Source: Chloroflexota bacterium
Lineage (GTDB): Bacteria > Chloroflexota > Dehalococcoidia > Lucifugimonadales > UBA3495
Length of the DNA: 49,320 bases
Reading direction: 5' to 3'
Assembly: GCA_022570905.1 (NCBI GenBank)
Contig: JACZYV010000003.1
Location: 1 to 49,320, forward strand
Below the pieces are notes generated by a model. That model saw only the letters and a program-made list of their open reading frames with translations. It was not told where the DNA came from and made no database searches. Below, one piece after another: positions 29,072-39,327 of this stretch. Position 1 is the stretch's first letter. Every line of letters begins with the position of its first letter. A program made the translations under genes and the position numbers.

Positions 29072-30178
29072 CTAGCTAACCAGTTTCCGGACCGTCTTCT
29101 CCACCAATTCCTCGGGCACGTCATTGCGGATCACGGGCCGCCCCACATCTTCCAGCATCACCCAACGCTTGGAGCCGTCCTGGATCTTCTTGTCCAGGGA
29201 CATGCGGTTCAGGATATCGGCCACCACCACCCCCTTGGCCGAGGTCGGCAGGTTGAACCGCTCCAGCAGACGGCGTTGGCGGTCGACCAGGTCCTGAGAG
29301 TGCAGTCCCATTTCATGGGCCATGGACGCGGCGCCCATCATCCCCACGGCTACGCCTTCGCCGTGTAAGAACCGGCCGTACCCGGCGGATGACTCCAGGG
29401 CGTGACCGATGGTGTGGCCGTAATTCAACATGATGCGGATGTCCAGGGTTTCCCGTTCATCCTGGCTGACCACTTTGGCCTTGATGGCCATGCTGCGCCG
29501 GATGACCTGGGTTGAGATCTCCGGCTCCACGTTCATCAGGGCCTCGGCGTGCTCCTCGAACACGTCCACCAGGCCGGCGTCCAGGATGAAACCGTGTTTG
29601 ATGGCCTCGGCCCAACCTTCAGATAATTCTCTTTTGCCCAGGGTCGAGAGGGTCTCCACATCGGCAAACACGCCCCTGGGCTGGTAGAAGGCCCCGACCA
29701 AGTTCTTAGCCTGGGGCAAGTTGACGGCGACTTTGCCGCCGATGGATGCGTCCACCATGGCAACCATGCTGGTGGGCACCTGCACGAAGGGCAGACCCCG
29801 CAGGTAGGTGGCCGCCACGAACCCGCCCAGGTCTCCCACGACCCCGCCGCCGACGCTGATTATGGTGTGGCCGCGCTCGGCCTTTAGCCCCGCCAGCCAA
29901 TTGTAGATGCCCTGGGCCAGATCGAAATTCTTGCTGGTCTCTCCGGCCGGAATGATGAAGCAGTGAGCGGGGATACGATGTTTCTGGAGCGCCCGTTGGA
30001 CTTTGCGGCCGTAGAGGTTCATCACGTTTTCGTCGGTGATGATATAGGCCGTGCCGGTCAGCCCCAGGTCCGTGAACCGGGCTCCCAAGCTTTCGATGAT
30101 TCCCCAACCGGCGACCACCGGATAGGAGCCGCCGGAGTGATGTACCTCCGCCGCCAGGTCTTTGTCGGCCATGGCCAT
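29072..30178 (-). CDS. aroB: 3-dehydroquinate synthase
   Basis: GGGVVGDLGGF, DASIGGK, KNLVGAFYQP, LNYGHTIGHA, HGEGV. Confidence 0.96.
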   Translation of the reverse strand: MAMADKDLAAEVHHSGGSYPVVAGWGIIESLGARFTDLGLTGTAYIITDENVMNLYGRKVQRALQKHRIPAHCFIIPAGETSKNFDLAQGIYNWLAGLKAERGHTIISVGGGVVGDLGGFVAATYLRGLPFVQVPTSMVAMVDASIGGKVAVNLPQAKNLVGAFYQPRGVFADVETLSTLGKRELSEGWAEAIKHGFILDAGLVDVFEEHAEALMNVEPEISTQVIRRSMAIKAKVVSQDERETLDIRIMLNYGHTIGHALESSAGYGRFLHGEGVAVGMMGAASMAHEMGLHSQDLVDRQRRLLERFNLPTSAKGVVVADILNRMSLDKKIQDGSKRWVMLEDVGRPVIRNDVPEELVEKTVRKLVS

Positions 30179-30195
30179 GGTCTAATCTCCGTGAT

Positions 30196-30744
30196 TCAGT
30201 TGTTTCGCGAAAGCCCGGGTCCACAGATCTTCAAGATGGCCTGCGCCACTTGGTCCGAGGACAGCCGGTCTGTTTCAACCGTGTGGTGGGCCTGGGAGTA
30301 GGCCGGCGTACGCTGGGCCAGCAGTTCGGTGATGCGTTCCAGCGGGTCGCCTCCCCGCAGCATCGGCCGGGCCGGGGCGTTGGGGTTCCCTCCGCTCACC
30401 CGCCGGTGGATGGTCTCGGGCCGGGCGCTGAGATAGAAAACCGTCCCGCCGTCCAACATCGTGCGCCGGTTCTCATCGTCAACGAATGACCCTCCGCCCA
30501 CGGAGATGATGCGGCCGCATTCCAGGCAAATATCGCTAACCACCGATCGTTCCAGTTCTCTGAAGGCGTCCTCTCCAGAATCCCGGAATATATCGGTGAT
30601 GGGCTTTCCGGCCCGGGACACTATCTCCTCATCGGCATCGACCCTTGGCCAGCCGCAGCGGCGGGACAGGGCCCTCCCCACACTGCTTTTCCCCGAGGCC
30701 ATGAAACCCACCAGGATTATGTTGCGCACTTGGTCTGACTGCAT
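30196..30744 (-). CDS. aroK: Shikimate kinase
   Basis: GFMASGKS P-loop, GEDAFRELE, GGG, RPML. Confidence 0.95.
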   Translation of the reverse strand: MQSDQVRNIILVGFMASGKSSVGRALSRRCGWPRVDADEEIVSRAGKPITDIFRDSGEDAFRELERSVVSDICLECGRIISVGGGSFVDDENRRTMLDGGTVFYLSARPETIHRRVSGGNPNAPARPMLRGGDPLERITELLAQRTPAYSQAHHTVETDRLSSDQVAQAILKICGPGLSRNN

Positions 30745-30787
30745 TTCGCCCTACGTGTCGGGATAACCTGATGAGCCGGCGGTGGGT

Positions 30788-31600
30788 CTAGTCCGGCAGC
30801 CGGGTCAGATGCATCCGCGACCCCATACTGGTGTCGGTCTCGAAGTACAGCACCTGCTGGCCGACCGAGTTGGTGATGGGCGTGTCGGCGACGAATCTCA
30901 GCCCGTGGGACTGACACTCGCCCATGCAGGACGGGATATCGCCCACCACGTAGCCCACGTGGTCCATCACATGGTCGGCATCCATGCTGGCGGGGTCTCC
31001 GGGCTCGATCAGTTCCACCTGGACCTGGCCGAAGTTCACAAAGGCGTTGCGGCCGCCGCTCCTGGAAGGCCCGCCGCCCAGGTGCTCGCCCTGGAAGTTG
31101 TCCACGTACCACTTGATCGCCTCTTCCAGATTCTTCACCCGGTAACCCGCGTGTACGATGCGCTCTATCTCAAGGCCGCTGGCGGCTTCCGCGGGTTGGT
31201 CCGGCAACTGGGTTATGTGCATCTTCACGCCGTTGGTGGTTGTGGAGTCGAAGTAGAGTAGCCGTTGTCCCAGCACGTTGGTGTTGGGCTTGTCGGCGGC
31301 GAACTTGAATCCACGTGCGGTTAGGTCGTCGATCGCCCGGTCGATGTCGGCCACCACGTAGCCGACGTGGTGCATGGTCAGAACTTCGCTGGAGAGGCCC
31401 GTCTGATCCACAGGCTCAAGCAGTTCGGCCTCGGCATTGCCGAAGCGCATGTAGGCGTTGCGTCCGCCGCTGGGCATGGCGTAACCCTTGCCCAAGGGTC
31501 CGCCGCCAACATTGGTGGCGCCGAAGGACTTCTCGAACCAGGCGACGGCGGCGTCCAGGTCCGGGGTCAGATACCCGATATGTTGAATCTTCTCGAACAC
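30788..31600 (-). CDS. VOC/glyoxalase-family protein (two methylmalonyl-CoA-epimerase-like domains)
   Basis: Duplicated H-x-GY, EL(L/I)EP, (H/D)HVGYVV-x-DI motifs. Confidence 0.85.
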   Translation of the reverse strand: MFEKIQHIGYLTPDLDAAVAWFEKSFGATNVGGGPLGKGYAMPSGGRNAYMRFGNAEAELLEPVDQTGLSSEVLTMHHVGYVVADIDRAIDDLTARGFKFAADKPNTNVLGQRLLYFDSTTTNGVKMHITQLPDQPAEAASGLEIERIVHAGYRVKNLEEAIKWYVDNFQGEHLGGGPSRSGGRNAFVNFGQVQVELIEPGDPASMDADHVMDHVGYVVGDIPSCMGECQSHGLRFVADTPITNSVGQQVLYFETDTSMGSRMHLTRLPD

Positions 31601-31630
31601 GGTGTCTCCTAAATGATTGGCGGCTGGCGT

Positions 31631-32032
31631 CTAGGCCGGCCGGCCAGGAGCCGGGAAGTAGCCGGAACTGGTGCAGAACTCCACCCGGTTGCCGTCGGGG
31701 TCGTGGGTGAACATGAAACCCTGGCCGTCATACCTGACGCCGTGGCGCGTGATCTCGTAGCCGTTTTCTTCCAGTATCTTCATGGTGCCCTCGAAGTCCT
31801 CGACCTCGAAGGCGTGGTGCGTGTTCTCTGGCTTCACCGGCGCTTCGTCAGTCTCGATCAGGTGGACCATGATGCCGTTGTCCAGTTGCAGCCAGGTGAT
31901 CTCCGGATTGGGGACCTGGCTCTCTATCTGCTTGATGCCCAGGAGTTCGTTGTAGAACTTCATGGCCCTGGCGGTGTCTTTGACCATGGTGGTGACGTGG
32001 TTGATCTGTTTTGTCTTGATCTTTCCTGGCAT
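31631..32032 (-). CDS. VOC/glyoxalase-family protein
   Basis: INHVT, FYNELLG, HHAFEV, DPDGNRVEF; ATG at 32032 after AGGAG. Confidence 0.88.
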   Translation of the reverse strand: MPGKIKTKQINHVTTMVKDTARAMKFYNELLGIKQIESQVPNPEITWLQLDNGIMVHLIETDEAPVKPENTHHAFEVEDFEGTMKILEENGYEITRHGVRYDGQGFMFTHDPDGNRVEFCTSSGYFPAPGRPA

Positions 32033-32159
32033 GAGACTCCTAATTTTTCCGTGATTTCTCAGAAACGGGCTGTTCAAGGTCCGAAACAAATTATGCCACA
32101 AAGGCGGAGTCTTGGGCAGGCGTGGCGATGGATGCCGGGGTATTGGAGAGTGCTCGCCG

Positions 32160-33092
32160 TCACTGAAATTGGCTGCCCCACACCACGAAGATAACTCCAA
32201 CGACGGTGAGCGCGGCTCCGGCGGCCAACCGCCGGGTGACCCGTTCCAATCTGGTCAAGAATATGTGAGCCAACAAGAGGGTGACCAAGGGGCTGCTGGA
32301 GACGATGGGGCTGATGACCACCACGTCGGCCCGCTGCACCGCGTAATACCAGGTGATCACCGCTACACCCGAAGCCAGCCCGGACAGCGCAACGTATTTG
32401 AAGGATGACAAATACCACAGGATGCCGTGATCCTCCGAAGCTCCGGGATTCCCTTTCCGGATTATGCCGCTATGGGCGGCGCTTGCGCCCACCAGGGGAG
32501 ACAGCACTGCCATACCGATTACCATGCTGAAGGCGGTCATGATGAGCGGCGAGTCGTAGATCCCCAGGATATGTTTGGCCATCACGTTGGTGGCCCCATA
32601 GGAGGCTCCCGCCCCCAGGGCCATCACGTAGCCCAGCAAAAACGTTTTATCGGTCCGCCAACCCTCTTTTATGGAGTCTCCGCTGGCGAACAGCAGGCCG
32701 AAAACCACTCCGGCGGTGCCCAGTGCCACCAGAGGATGGATGGTCTCGCCGGTGAACACCACGGCGAATACGGCGGCGAAGGGCGCCTGGGAAGATACGA
32801 ATAAACTGGCCCGGGAAGCGCCGATCAGGTTGACCGACAGAAAGTTTTGGGACCGGCCGCCCAGGAAGTTCATCACCCCCAGGGCGAGGATCCAGAGAAT
32901 GGCTGCCTGGGGTATACCCCGGATGTCGGAGAACGCGAACAGCAGCACCATGACGGACGCAAGAAGGAAACTGAAGAAGAGGGAGACCATGACGCCCGGA
33001 AGGGGAAATATGGTCTGCATGCCCTGGCGGGAGAGGACCGCTGAACTGGCGAACCCGAAGGCGGCAAGCATCGATAGGGCAATGGCCGCCAT
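32160..33092 (-). CDS. DMT/EamA family transporter
   Basis: About 10 TM segments in two repeats; GASRA, GETI, LERV motifs. Confidence 0.88.
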   Translation of the reverse strand: MAAIALSMLAAFGFASSAVLSRQGMQTIFPLPGVMVSLFFSFLLASVMVLLFAFSDIRGIPQAAILWILALGVMNFLGGRSQNFLSVNLIGASRASLFVSSQAPFAAVFAVVFTGETIHPLVALGTAGVVFGLLFASGDSIKEGWRTDKTFLLGYVMALGAGASYGATNVMAKHILGIYDSPLIMTAFSMVIGMAVLSPLVGASAAHSGIIRKGNPGASEDHGILWYLSSFKYVALSGLASGVAVITWYYAVQRADVVVISPIVSSSPLVTLLLAHIFLTRLERVTRRLAAGAALTVVGVIFVVWGSQFQ

Positions 33093-33100
33093 CGGGGTGG

Positions 33101-33796
33101 CTAGGCCTGCCTATTGCTTTCGATGATCGACTGAAAGATCAGGTTGCCGTCGGTGCTGCCCAGGATGGCTTCGCAGCTCCGTTCGGGATGGGGCATCATC
33201 CCCAGGACGTTGCCCGCTTCGTTGATGATGCCGGCGATGTTGTTGGCCGAGCCGTTGGGGTTGGCCTCCTCCGTGACCTGGCCAGAGGCGTCGCAATACC
33301 GGAAGACCACCCGCCCCTCTTCTTCAAGCTGGACCAGGGTGGCGGCGTCAGCGAAGTAGTTGCCCTCACCGTGGGACACCGGCACGTCCAGGACCTGGCC
33401 CTGAGCGCAGGCCCGGGTGAAGGAGGTGTCGGCCCGCTCGGTGCGCAGATGGGTCGGCTGGCAGCGGTATTCCAAGTGGTGGTTGGGCAGCAGAGCGCCG
33501 GGCAACAGGCCGGATTCGCAGAGTATCTGAAACCCGTTGCAGATGCCGATGGCCGTCCTTCCGGATGCAACAAACTTGTTCAGGGCGTCCATCACCGGGG
33601 AGAACCTGGCCATGGCGCCGGGACGCAGGTAGTCGCCGTAGGAGAACCCCCCCGGCAGGATCACCGAATCGAAGCCGTCAAGGCTGGTCTCATGGTGCCA
33701 GACGTATTCGGCATCCTGTCCAAGGATGTCCTTTACCTGGTAGTAACAGTCGGTGTCACTCCAGGTGCCGGGAAACACCAAAATGCCAAACCGCAT
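33101..33796 (-). CDS. purQ: Phosphoribosylformylglycinamidine synthase subunit PurQ
   Basis: PGGFSYGDYLR, GICNGFQ, HGEG, MMPHPER. Confidence 0.97.
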   Translation of the reverse strand: MRFGILVFPGTWSDTDCYYQVKDILGQDAEYVWHHETSLDGFDSVILPGGFSYGDYLRPGAMARFSPVMDALNKFVASGRTAIGICNGFQILCESGLLPGALLPNHHLEYRCQPTHLRTERADTSFTRACAQGQVLDVPVSHGEGNYFADAATLVQLEEEGRVVFRYCDASGQVTEEANPNGSANNIAGIINEAGNVLGMMPHPERSCEAILGSTDGNLIFQSIIESNRQA

Positions 33797-33811
33797 ATTA
33801 ATTCAGTACCA

Positions 33812-34264
33812 TCAGGCCAGAGACTCCAGATACTCCATGGCCATCTGATTGACCACGGCGCCGTCGGCCTTGCCGCGCACCTGAGGCATGAGCTTGCCCA
33901 TGAGCTTGCCCTTGTCCTGGGGAGAGGCCGCGCCAACCTCGGCGGCGGTGTCTTTTATCAATTGGCTCAGCTCCTCGTGGGACATCTGCGGCGGAAGAAA
34001 TTCTTGCAGGACCACAAGTTCCGCCGCCTCTTTGGCCGCCATGGCGTCCCGTCCGCCTTCTTCAAAGGCCTTGATACTGTCGCGGCGGTCGCTGGCTTGT
34101 TTGGTGGCCACCTCAATCATGGCGGCGTCGTCCAATTCCTTTTTCTGTTGCTTCTCAACGGCTTGAACGGCGTTCTTAAAGAAGCGCAGGGCGTCCAGGC
34201 GCGCCTGGTCGTGGTTGCGCATGGAGGATTTGATGTCTTCTTCCAGTTTTTCTCTGAGGGCCAT
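33812..34264 (-). CDS. GatB/YqeY domain protein
   Basis: RRDSI-x-x-F-x-x-GGR, FLPPQMS, GKLMG, GKADG; start MALREK. Confidence 0.92.
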   Translation of the reverse strand: MALREKLEEDIKSSMRNHDQARLDALRFFKNAVQAVEKQQKKELDDAAMIEVATKQASDRRDSIKAFEEGGRDAMAAKEAAELVVLQEFLPPQMSHEELSQLIKDTAAEVGAASPQDKGKLMGKLMPQVRGKADGAVVNQMAMEYLESLA

Positions 34265-34572
34265 GGTGAAAATCCGGTCCTGATGATTCGCCCGGTCTGG
34301 GCAGGATTTGATCGGGCTGCCGTGCCGCGTTTCCATTCTACCTCTTGGGCGCGGCGCGGCGATTATAGTTGGCGTCGAAATTGAGTGTCAATGTTGTTAA
34401 CAGAGAGGAAAACCACTCGGTCATCATCGATTTAATTCGAAGCCGGTAGAAATCAAGGCTTGCTTCCCTTGCTTACCATCACTTTCCCATGGAAAATGAT
34501 TTTGCTATACTCGTGTTGCTCTTTCCCATTCCTGGGGACGGGTATGTTTTTTTGTAAGGCGGGCTATTAAGG

Positions 34573-35859
34573 ATGCCGGCATACGCCGTGATCGGCGGCC
34601 AGTGGGGTGACGAGGGCAAGGGGAAGGTGATTGACTACCTTGCCGGAGATTTTGACGGCGTGGTCCGCTACGCGGGCGGCAACAACGCCGGTCATACGGT
34701 CGTCAACGACAAAGGCACTTTTCAGTTACATCTGGTGCCGTCAGGCATCTGCTGGCCGGATGTCTATGGGATCATAGGCAACGGCGTGGTTGTGGACCCC
34801 GACGTGTTGGTTGGCGAGCTTACCGAGATTGCGGCACGGGGCATCGACACCAGCAAGTTCTGTATCAGCGAGCGCGCCCACGTCATCATGCCCTACCACA
34901 TTGTCCTCGACCGCCTGGAAGAGGAAGCCAGAGGCGAGGCGGCCATCGGCACCACCGGCCGGGGCATCGGCCCTGCCTACGTGGACAAAACAGGCCGCAT
35001 GGGGATACGGGTCGGCGATCTTTTGGACTGGGACGCGCTCGAGCCCATGGTGGCACAGAACCTGAAGTACAAGAACGCCCTGATCACCAAGATCTACGGC
35101 GGCGAACCTCTGGCATTGGATGACGTATTGGCCAAGTGCCGCATCTGGGCCGACCAGCTGGCTCCTTACGCCATGGCCACCGAGCAACTGGTCCAAGACC
35201 TGCTCGCCCAGAACAAAAGGGTACTGTTGGAGGGCGCCCAGGGCACCCTTCTGGACATCGACCACGGGTCCTACCCCTACGTCACCTCTTCTTCTCCGTC
35301 CATCGGCGGCGCCTGCACCGGGTTGGGGCTGAACCCCCAGGCCATCAAGGGAGTGCTGGGCGTGTTCAAGGCCTATTCCACCCGGGTGGGCGGCGGACCA
35401 ATGCCCTCGGAGATCGCGGACGAAGAGGCGTCGGAAATCAGGGAGAAGGCCCAGGAATTTGGCGTGACCACCGGCCGGGCCCGGCGCATCGGCTGGTTCG
35501 ACGGCGTAGCCGGACGATACAGTCAGTTGGTCAACGGGTTCACCGGACTGGTGCTGACCCGCTTGGATATCCTTGACGACTTCGAGTCGGTGAAGGTCTG
35601 CGTCGGCTACACGGTGAACGGCGAGCGTATAGACCGGTTTCCGGCCAACACGGGACTGCTGGCCCGCTGCGAACCGGTCTACGAGGAGTTGCCCGGTTGG
35701 GACCAACCCACCGCCAGCGCAACGGAATTGTCCCAACTCCCAAAGAACGCCTTGGCCTACGTGAAACGGATCGAAGAACTGGTGGGGTGCCGGGTCCAGA
35801 TCATATCCACCGGTCCCAGACGGGAAGAGACCATCCAGGTGGAGCCGGTCTTTACCTAA
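34573..35859 (+). CDS. purA: Adenylosuccinate synthetase
   Basis: QWGDEGKGK, GGNNAGHT, EGAQG, GVTTGR-x-RR-x-GWFD. Confidence 0.98.
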   Translation: MPAYAVIGGQWGDEGKGKVIDYLAGDFDGVVRYAGGNNAGHTVVNDKGTFQLHLVPSGICWPDVYGIIGNGVVVDPDVLVGELTEIAARGIDTSKFCISERAHVIMPYHIVLDRLEEEARGEAAIGTTGRGIGPAYVDKTGRMGIRVGDLLDWDALEPMVAQNLKYKNALITKIYGGEPLALDDVLAKCRIWADQLAPYAMATEQLVQDLLAQNKRVLLEGAQGTLLDIDHGSYPYVTSSSPSIGGACTGLGLNPQAIKGVLGVFKAYSTRVGGGPMPSEIADEEASEIREKAQEFGVTTGRARRIGWFDGVAGRYSQLVNGFTGLVLTRLDILDDFESVKVCVGYTVNGERIDRFPANTGLLARCEPVYEELPGWDQPTASATELSQLPKNALAYVKRIEELVGCRVQIISTGPRREETIQVEPVFT

Positions 35860-35890
35860 CCAATCTTCACGATTTTTCCCCGCTCACCCC

Positions 35891-35919
35891 GTAGGCGCGG
35901 GTTTCCAACCCGCCCTAAC
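35891..35919. repeat. GTAG-type REP-like palindrome
   Basis: GTAGGCGCGGGTTTCCAACCCGCCCTAAC, near-identical to 5715-5742. Confidence 0.75.
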
Positions 35920-36012
35920 GCTGGTAAACCGGACTCCATCCGGACAAGACGTTCGCGGGCAACTTGCCTCTCCTCAACCGTTGCTTCATTTCGGCAACCT
36001 TGGTGGCACATT

Positions 36013-36042
36013 AAAAGGGCATCCCGATCGATCGGGATGCCC
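36013..36042 (-). terminator. Terminator downstream of dapA
   Basis: AAAA-GGGCATCCCGAT-CG-ATCGGGATGCCC. Confidence 0.75.
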
Positions 36043-36081
36043 CTACGTGCGATTAACGTCATTTATCTAGCCGCGTTGCCG

Positions 36082-36978
36082 TCAGGCAGAAACCGGCAGG
36101 TCAATCTCGAATTGGTCCAGTAATTTCTCGATCTGGACCACGGCCTTCTCGCTGGGCGGCACCAACGGCAGCCTGGGTCCACCGACCTTCAAGCCGATAT
36201 GGTTCACCGCATATTTCACCGGGATGGGATTTGACTCGACGAACATGCCAAGGAAGATGGGAAGCAGGCGGCGGTGCTCGGAGGCGGCGCCTTCAATATC
36301 TCCCTCCAACAGCAGGCCCATCATATGTTTGATCTGGTTTCCCACCAGGTGGGACACCACGCTGACCACACCGTAGCCGCCCATGGACATGATCAGGAAC
36401 GTCTGGTTGTCGTCGCCGCTCCAGACCTTGAAGCCAGGGCTGGCGCCGTCGATTATGCGGGCGATCTGGTTCATGTCGCCGCTGGCTTCCTTGGTGCCGA
36501 CGATGTTGTCGATCTGGCTCAGCCGTATCGTTGTCTCGTCGGTCATATTCACACCGGTGCGGCCAATGATGTTGTAGACGATGCAGGGCAGGTTGGTCTT
36601 GCCCGCGATCGCCTTGAAGTGCTGGTAGATCCCCTCTTGGGGGGGTTTGTTGTAGTAGGGCACCACCAGCAGCAGACCATCGACGCCCTGTTTCTCTGCT
36701 TCCTGGCTCAACTCGATACTCTCGGCGGTGCTGTAGGTGCCGGTGCCGGCGATGACGACGCCCTTGTCTCCAACCGACTCTTTGACCTCGGCGAAGAGAC
36801 GCATCTTCTCGCCGGTGGTCAAGGTGGGCGATTCGCCGGTGGTGCCGGACAGGACGACGCCGTCGCTGCCCGAGTCGAGGAGGGCATGGGCGAGCTTCTT
36901 AGCCTGCTCAAAGTCGACCTCACCCTTGTCGTCAAAGGGAGTAACCATCGCTGTGAGGAGCCTGCCTATCTCTGCCAT
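36082..36978 (-). CDS. dapA: 4-hydroxy-tetrahydrodipicolinate synthase
   Basis: GTTGES, PYYNKP, KEASG, SGDD, NPIPVK. Confidence 0.96.
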   Translation of the reverse strand: MAEIGRLLTAMVTPFDDKGEVDFEQAKKLAHALLDSGSDGVVLSGTTGESPTLTTGEKMRLFAEVKESVGDKGVVIAGTGTYSTAESIELSQEAEKQGVDGLLLVVPYYNKPPQEGIYQHFKAIAGKTNLPCIVYNIIGRTGVNMTDETTIRLSQIDNIVGTKEASGDMNQIARIIDGASPGFKVWSGDDNQTFLIMSMGGYGVVSVVSHLVGNQIKHMMGLLLEGDIEGAASEHRRLLPIFLGMFVESNPIPVKYAVNHIGLKVGGPRLPLVPPSEKAVVQIEKLLDQFEIDLPVSA

Positions 36979-37159
36979 GTCCGCCTCCTGTAGGTGTCTA
37001 GTAAAAGCACCTGGGTCTTGGAGATTTGTTGCATTATACCCGCGGATACCTAATATCGCATCCCCTGGAATTAAGCCAGAAAAGCACCGGCCCTTGGAAA
37101 GAAAAAACGGCCGTTTCTCGACCGTTCTTCAGAGTGGGCGGATCTGCCGCGGGTACGGC

Positions 37160-38203
37160 CTAGCCGGTCACTCCACTGGTGTGCTTGGGCTTCAACCGGC
37201 CCCGGGAGACCAGTTCCTCGGCGATCTGGAGCGAGTTGAGGGCCGCGCCTTTACGCAGGTTGTCGGAAACGATCCACAACACCAGGCCGTTGGGATGGGA
37301 CAGGTCCTGCCGGATGCGCCCCACGAACACGTCGTCCTCGCCGGCCACGTCCCAGGGCATGGGGTATTCGCCCGCCTCGGGGTTGTCCAGCACGGTCACG
37401 CCGGGCATGGCCGTCAAAAGTTCTCTCGCTTCATCCACGGGCATCGGCCGGGTGAACTCGATGTGCACTGAGGCGGAATGGGAGATGTAAACCGGCACCC
37501 GCACGCAGGTGGCGGATATCTGTATCTCCGGGGCGTGCAGGATCTTCTGAGACTCCTGCCGCATCTTCTGCTCTTCAAAGGTGTAGCCCGTGTCCAGGAA
37601 ACGGTCGATCTGGGGTATGACGTTGTAGGCGATCTGGCCCTCGCCGGACTTGCTGGTGTTGGAGTCGGCGTCAAGCAGCCGCTCCGATTGTTCCCGCAGG
37701 TCAGCCATGGCCCCGCCGCCCGCGCCGGAGACGGACTGGTAGGTGTCGGCGATTATCCGCTTGATGGGGTTCGCCCGGTGCAGCGGGTGGGCGGCCATCA
37801 CCAAGGGAGTGGTGGAGCAGTTGGGGATGGAGATGATTCCTTGGTGCCATTCGACGTCGGCCCCATTTACCTCGGGCACCACCAGGGGCACCGTGTCTTC
37901 CATGCGGAATGCGGAACCGTCGTCGATCACCACCGCGCCGGCGGCCACCGCCGCCGGGCCGAGCCTCCGGCTGACCTCTGCGCTGGCCGATATGAAAGCC
38001 ACATCCACGCCGTCGAAGGACTTTTCCGTCGCTTCCTCCACGATCAGGTCTTTCCCGCCCACGCTGATGCGCTTGCCGGCCGAGCGGCTGGACGCCAGCA
38101 ACTTCAGTTTGGGCAGGCTGGAATAGCGGGTCTCAACGATGCGGAGAAATTCGGCGCCCACCGCCCCGGTGGCGCCTACTACGGCGATGGTTAGGTCCTG
38201 CAC
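37160..38203 (-). CDS. asd: Aspartate-semialdehyde dehydrogenase
   Basis: GATGAVG, PNCST, YQSVSGAG, CVRVP, DNLRKGAA. Confidence 0.97.
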   Translation of the reverse strand: MQDLTIAVVGATGAVGAEFLRIVETRYSSLPKLKLLASSRSAGKRISVGGKDLIVEEATEKSFDGVDVAFISASAEVSRRLGPAAVAAGAVVIDDGSAFRMEDTVPLVVPEVNGADVEWHQGIISIPNCSTTPLVMAAHPLHRANPIKRIIADTYQSVSGAGGGAMADLREQSERLLDADSNTSKSGEGQIAYNVIPQIDRFLDTGYTFEEQKMRQESQKILHAPEIQISATCVRVPVYISHSASVHIEFTRPMPVDEARELLTAMPGVTVLDNPEAGEYPMPWDVAGEDDVFVGRIRQDLSHPNGLVLWIVSDNLRKGAALNSLQIAEELVSRGRLKPKHTSGVTG

Positions 38204-38266
38204 TGGCGGTCTCTGTTTATTCTAAGATTCGTGCCTGATATCAGCCTGGATTCAACCTAAAACGAC

Positions 38267-39055
38267 CTAGAGGCCCAGCACGTTCTCCAAGCCTATCACA
38301 AGGCCCGGATGGCTAACAACGTCGCGGATGCAACGCACCACGCCGGGCATGTAGCAGTCGCGGCCCAGGGTGTCGTGGCGCAGGGACAGGGTCTGCCCCG
38401 CCGCGCCGAAGATCACCTCATGATGGGCGCTCTTGCCGGGCATGCGGATGCTGTGGACCGAGATCCCGTTGTGCTCCCCGCCCCGGGTGTTGGCCAGGTT
38501 CTCTTTCTCCGGCTGGTTGCGGGTGAACTGCTTGATATCACCCAAGCTGCGCATCAGGGCCAGCGCGAACCCGGAGGGCGAATCTATCTTGGCTTCGTGG
38601 TGGGACTCGATGATGTCCACGTAGTCGAAGTAGGGCGCCGCCTGTTCGGCCAGCTTCTTGAGCACGATGGCGCCCAGGGCGAAATTGGGCGCGACGATGA
38701 TGCCGACCCCATTGTCGTTGGCCATGGCGTCAAGCTGCTTCAGTTGGTCTTCGGAGAACCCGCTGGCGCCCATGACGATGTTTATCTTCCGGGCGGCGGC
38801 CTTGGCGGCAGCCTCCATGGCCACGGCGGCGTTGGTGAAGTCCACCAACACGCCGGGTTTTGTCTTTTCCAGCAGAGAATCCAAGTCAGTGGATATGGGG
38901 ACCACAATGCTGTTAGGCGTGCCCAGCGTGGGCCCCCGGTCCCGCTTGCAGGAACCACCGACCAATTCAAGGTCGCTTTCCTTGGACACAGCGCCCGCTG
39001 TCTCAAGGCCCATCTTGCCGGTTATGCCGCTGATCACCACTTTTATCGACACCAT
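38267..39055 (-). CDS. dapB: 4-hydroxy-tetrahydrodipicolinate reductase
   Basis: GITGKMG, VDFT, APNFALG, ESHHEAKIDSPSG. Confidence 0.96.
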   Translation of the reverse strand: MVSIKVVISGITGKMGLETAGAVSKESDLELVGGSCKRDRGPTLGTPNSIVVPISTDLDSLLEKTKPGVLVDFTNAAVAMEAAAKAAARKINIVMGASGFSEDQLKQLDAMANDNGVGIIVAPNFALGAIVLKKLAEQAAPYFDYVDIIESHHEAKIDSPSGFALALMRSLGDIKQFTRNQPEKENLANTRGGEHNGISVHSIRMPGKSAHHEVIFGAAGQTLSLRHDTLGRDCYMPGVVRCIRDVVSHPGLVIGLENVLGL

Positions 39056-39116
39056 GATTGCTCCTAACGGGGAGGCATTGTTGAGTGGTTTCGAATTCCA
39101 ACCTGACTAATGCCGG

Positions 39117-39180
39117 CCCTTCGACAAGCTCAGGACGAGCGGTGGTGTGTGGGAATCGTTCGTGGTGAGCCCGTCGAACC
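39117..39180. repeat. REP-like inverted repeat, family 2 (arms in swapped order relative to 27545)
   Basis: CCCTTCGACAAGCTCAGGACGAGCGG...CGTTCGTGGTGAGCCCGTCGAACC. Confidence 0.75.
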
Positions 39181-39252
39181 ACCTCTCCGCACGGGCCAAG
39201 ATTAGCCTGGCCAATCCACCTCTGATAATAGCACGCAGCCTGAATCTAGGAG

Positions 39253-39300
39253 AAATAAATCAGCCCCGATGATCCATGGAACCATGGAAAATCGGGGCTG
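39253..39300 (-). terminator. Terminator downstream of pnp
   Basis: CAGCCCCGAT...ATCGGGGCTG stem with inner CCATGG arms and an A/T-rich tail. Confidence 0.65.
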
Positions 39301-39327
39301 TTGGTTGGCTGATTTAACGGCGCCCGG

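Noticed and set aside
29072-30744. aroK-aroB fusion by stop readthrough
   Set aside because: The 17-nt gap puts them in different frames, and aroB has its own GGAG RBS.
36979-37159. Lysine riboswitch between asd and dapA
   Set aside because: No recognisable L-box consensus; the region looks like a weak hairpin plus a promoter.
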